Assembly: GCA_977030845.1 (NCBI GenBank)
Contig: OZ365110.1
Location: 37,634,001 to 37,698,000 of the forward strand
Reading direction: 5' to 3'
Length of the DNA: 64,000 bases
DNA from: Fimbriosthenelais zetlandica
Taxonomy: Eukaryota
The position numbers were made by a program, and so were the translations under genes. The notes below the pieces were generated by a model. It was not told the origin of the DNA, made no database searches, and saw only the letters and a list, made by a program, of their open reading frames with translations. Numbering within the stretch: position 1 is the stretch's first letter; each line of letters starts with the position of its first letter. Shown piece after piece: positions 62,001-64,000 of this stretch.

Positions 62001-64000
62001 GACCCTTCATTTGAATGTCTAGGGAAATTTTCCAACCATTTGGTCTTCCTTGGTATTCGTCCCTCCATGGATAATGCATGGGGTCACTTTGTCAGTGGCG
62101 GTCTTAATGAGAAGCAACATATATTTCCCAGGGGATCCATTCTTCCTGGGATCCAATGGATGGAGTAGTAACAAATAGAGTAATGCCAAGATAGCATTTG
62201 GGCTTGGGCGTTATTCCAATTCCAGGCTGGACCCAATTTCTCACAGCAGGTACCTATCAACCTCCACCATTGTTATTCGTAGAAAATAGATGAGGTTGCC
62301 AAATCCATCATGCTGCCAAAGATGCATTTCTAAGCTGTTTCTTAAAATGTGAGTTTCTATATTTCAGTAACTCATATTTATTTCAGATCCCCTTTTCTTA
62401 TCTTGGCAAAAAAACTTACGTCGTGTCTCTAATTAGAATTCCAACTTTGAGAACTGTGACAGATATTGCTCTCATTAATCAAATGAGGTCCGTATGGCAT
62501 GATCTAATCATAAGAATCGTTGCGAAAAAGGATTTTAAAAATGTTTACTGATACTTTGTGTGAACAATATTCTAACTTTTTGAAGTTATTTATTTTTATC
62601 TCCAATATAAAAATACCTTCCATTTCATTATCCTAGCAAGAGGTATATTGTAGACCTGAAAATGACCTGGTCAGACCCAGGGAGATGGATAGCACCGTAA
62701 GCCTTGCTTTTCATGGCTGCTGTGAAGCCTTCTACAGATGGCTTTCCCCAACTTTGATTGCCACCAACCCAATAAGGCCAACTGAAGGAAGCCGGCTTAA
62801 TGCCGGCTTGGAAACCGCGTCTCAGTGGAAAGCCACCATTCACAGCCCAGGCTCGCTTTCTAATTAGAAACCTGATTAGGACCGTCTTCCAATTGCTCCT
62901 GATTAAACAACAATGGAGAGTGTTTCTCGCAAGTGTTTGTGATGTGGTTGGTGTGTGGTGGATTGTAACAGTAATGCCACATGACAGCAGCTCTCCTCTC
63001 ACAGCAGTTCACTGACCAGAGTCGGCCGGCTAACTTCATTTTGGATCCTCCGATCGCTACAAATTCAAGCCCGCCCCGCCGTCCCTAGTTGTTGAATGCC
63101 ACGAGGGTCAGTTTGATTTCTCCGGGACTTATCAAATTGCGAGAAGCTGCTGAGGTCGACAAGATGGCCACCTCTGGGAGGAAATAGGGCAAGCAAGTTT
63201 GGAGCCTTGCAGATTGCTGGCTTCAGGCAGTGGGAGGTGAAACATGCTGTAAGGGGGGCCGATAGATTGGCACTGGTCAATACAAACTTCTATCCTGCTT
63301 AACTTGAGGGATTGCTCTGTGGCATAGCCCCAAGCAAGGCCTTGTAAGAATTACCTGACTCATAAAGTCTCCATAATATTTGTTCGGGAAGTGGAGGCTT
63401 GTTACAACTGGGTTAACAGACTCCTATGTGGGTGTACTGTTATGTTCGTTTGAAAATGAGGAAGAACATCGTGGCAACTTTGCCCAGATATATTTTACTG
63501 TTATATTCAGCTCTTGTTACCCCCTTTCATAAGCTCTACCCTGGCTAATGAGACACTCAGCACTTGGCACAACAATAGAAAGCCAGGTCAGAGCCACCTG
63601 TCCCATACCGCTTGTAGAAATTAACATGCCTGTCACTAAATATCCCCTATGTGAGGCTTGTTACTTAAATGTTGTTTGTACAGCAACTTAAACGAGTGCA
63701 CTTAAGTTCGATGTTCTTATACGGCTAGGATGTGAATGTAATTTAATCTTGATCAGGTTTTAGCTTACAGCACCATGGAGATATAAATACAGTCAGAATG
63801 GCAGAGCTCTAAGTAACCAATACAATGTGCACTTTATTAAGGAAGGATTTTTACATATGTTAGTTATGAAAACGTATCACTGTATGTCAACCTTTCGGGA
63901 ACTCCATACCATTCTTTTATACATGTACTTTCTAAAATCTAACATCAAACACGATGAATTGACAGGTGTGAAGGCATACCATGATGACATTTGAGTTATA

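Noticed and set aside
1-64000. CRISPR array, prokaryotic operon, defence system, rRNA or tRNA genes
   Set aside because: No regularly spaced repeat-spacer array or RNA-gene consensus was seen; all recognisable genes are spliceosomal-intron eukaryotic genes.

Overview
AT-rich, intron-containing metazoan genomic DNA. It is probably from an invertebrate deuterostome such as an echinoderm (inference from gene structure and strong TAGGCCTA enrichment). I see no prokaryotic genes, CRISPR arrays, rRNA or intact tRNA. Left 25 kb: two paralogous first coding exons of a BK-channel beta/CaKB-like protein (minus strand), among decayed LINE and DIRS-type retroelements; I found no second exon for either. 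Middle: a compact alternating cluster of an SLC5A8/SMCT-like sodium:solute symporter (-, 15 frame-consistent exons), GADD45GIP1/CRIF1 (+, 4 exons), a DNAJA-type Hsp40 (-, 5 coding exons) and CEP78 (+, first 5 coding exons only). A young 5'-truncated LINE sits in the inferred SLC5/GADD45GIP1 shared promoter. It is flanked by a 92-bp direct duplication and carries a 55-bp copy of local host DNA that supplies an in-frame ATG. Right 17 kb: apparent CEP78 intron containing an antisense orphan single-pass membrane protein gene whose upstream exons do not join the main ORF in frame, plus decayed tyrosine-recombinase retroelement sequence. Exon models were built by eye from splice signals and phase; family assignments come from remembered motifs, not database searches.
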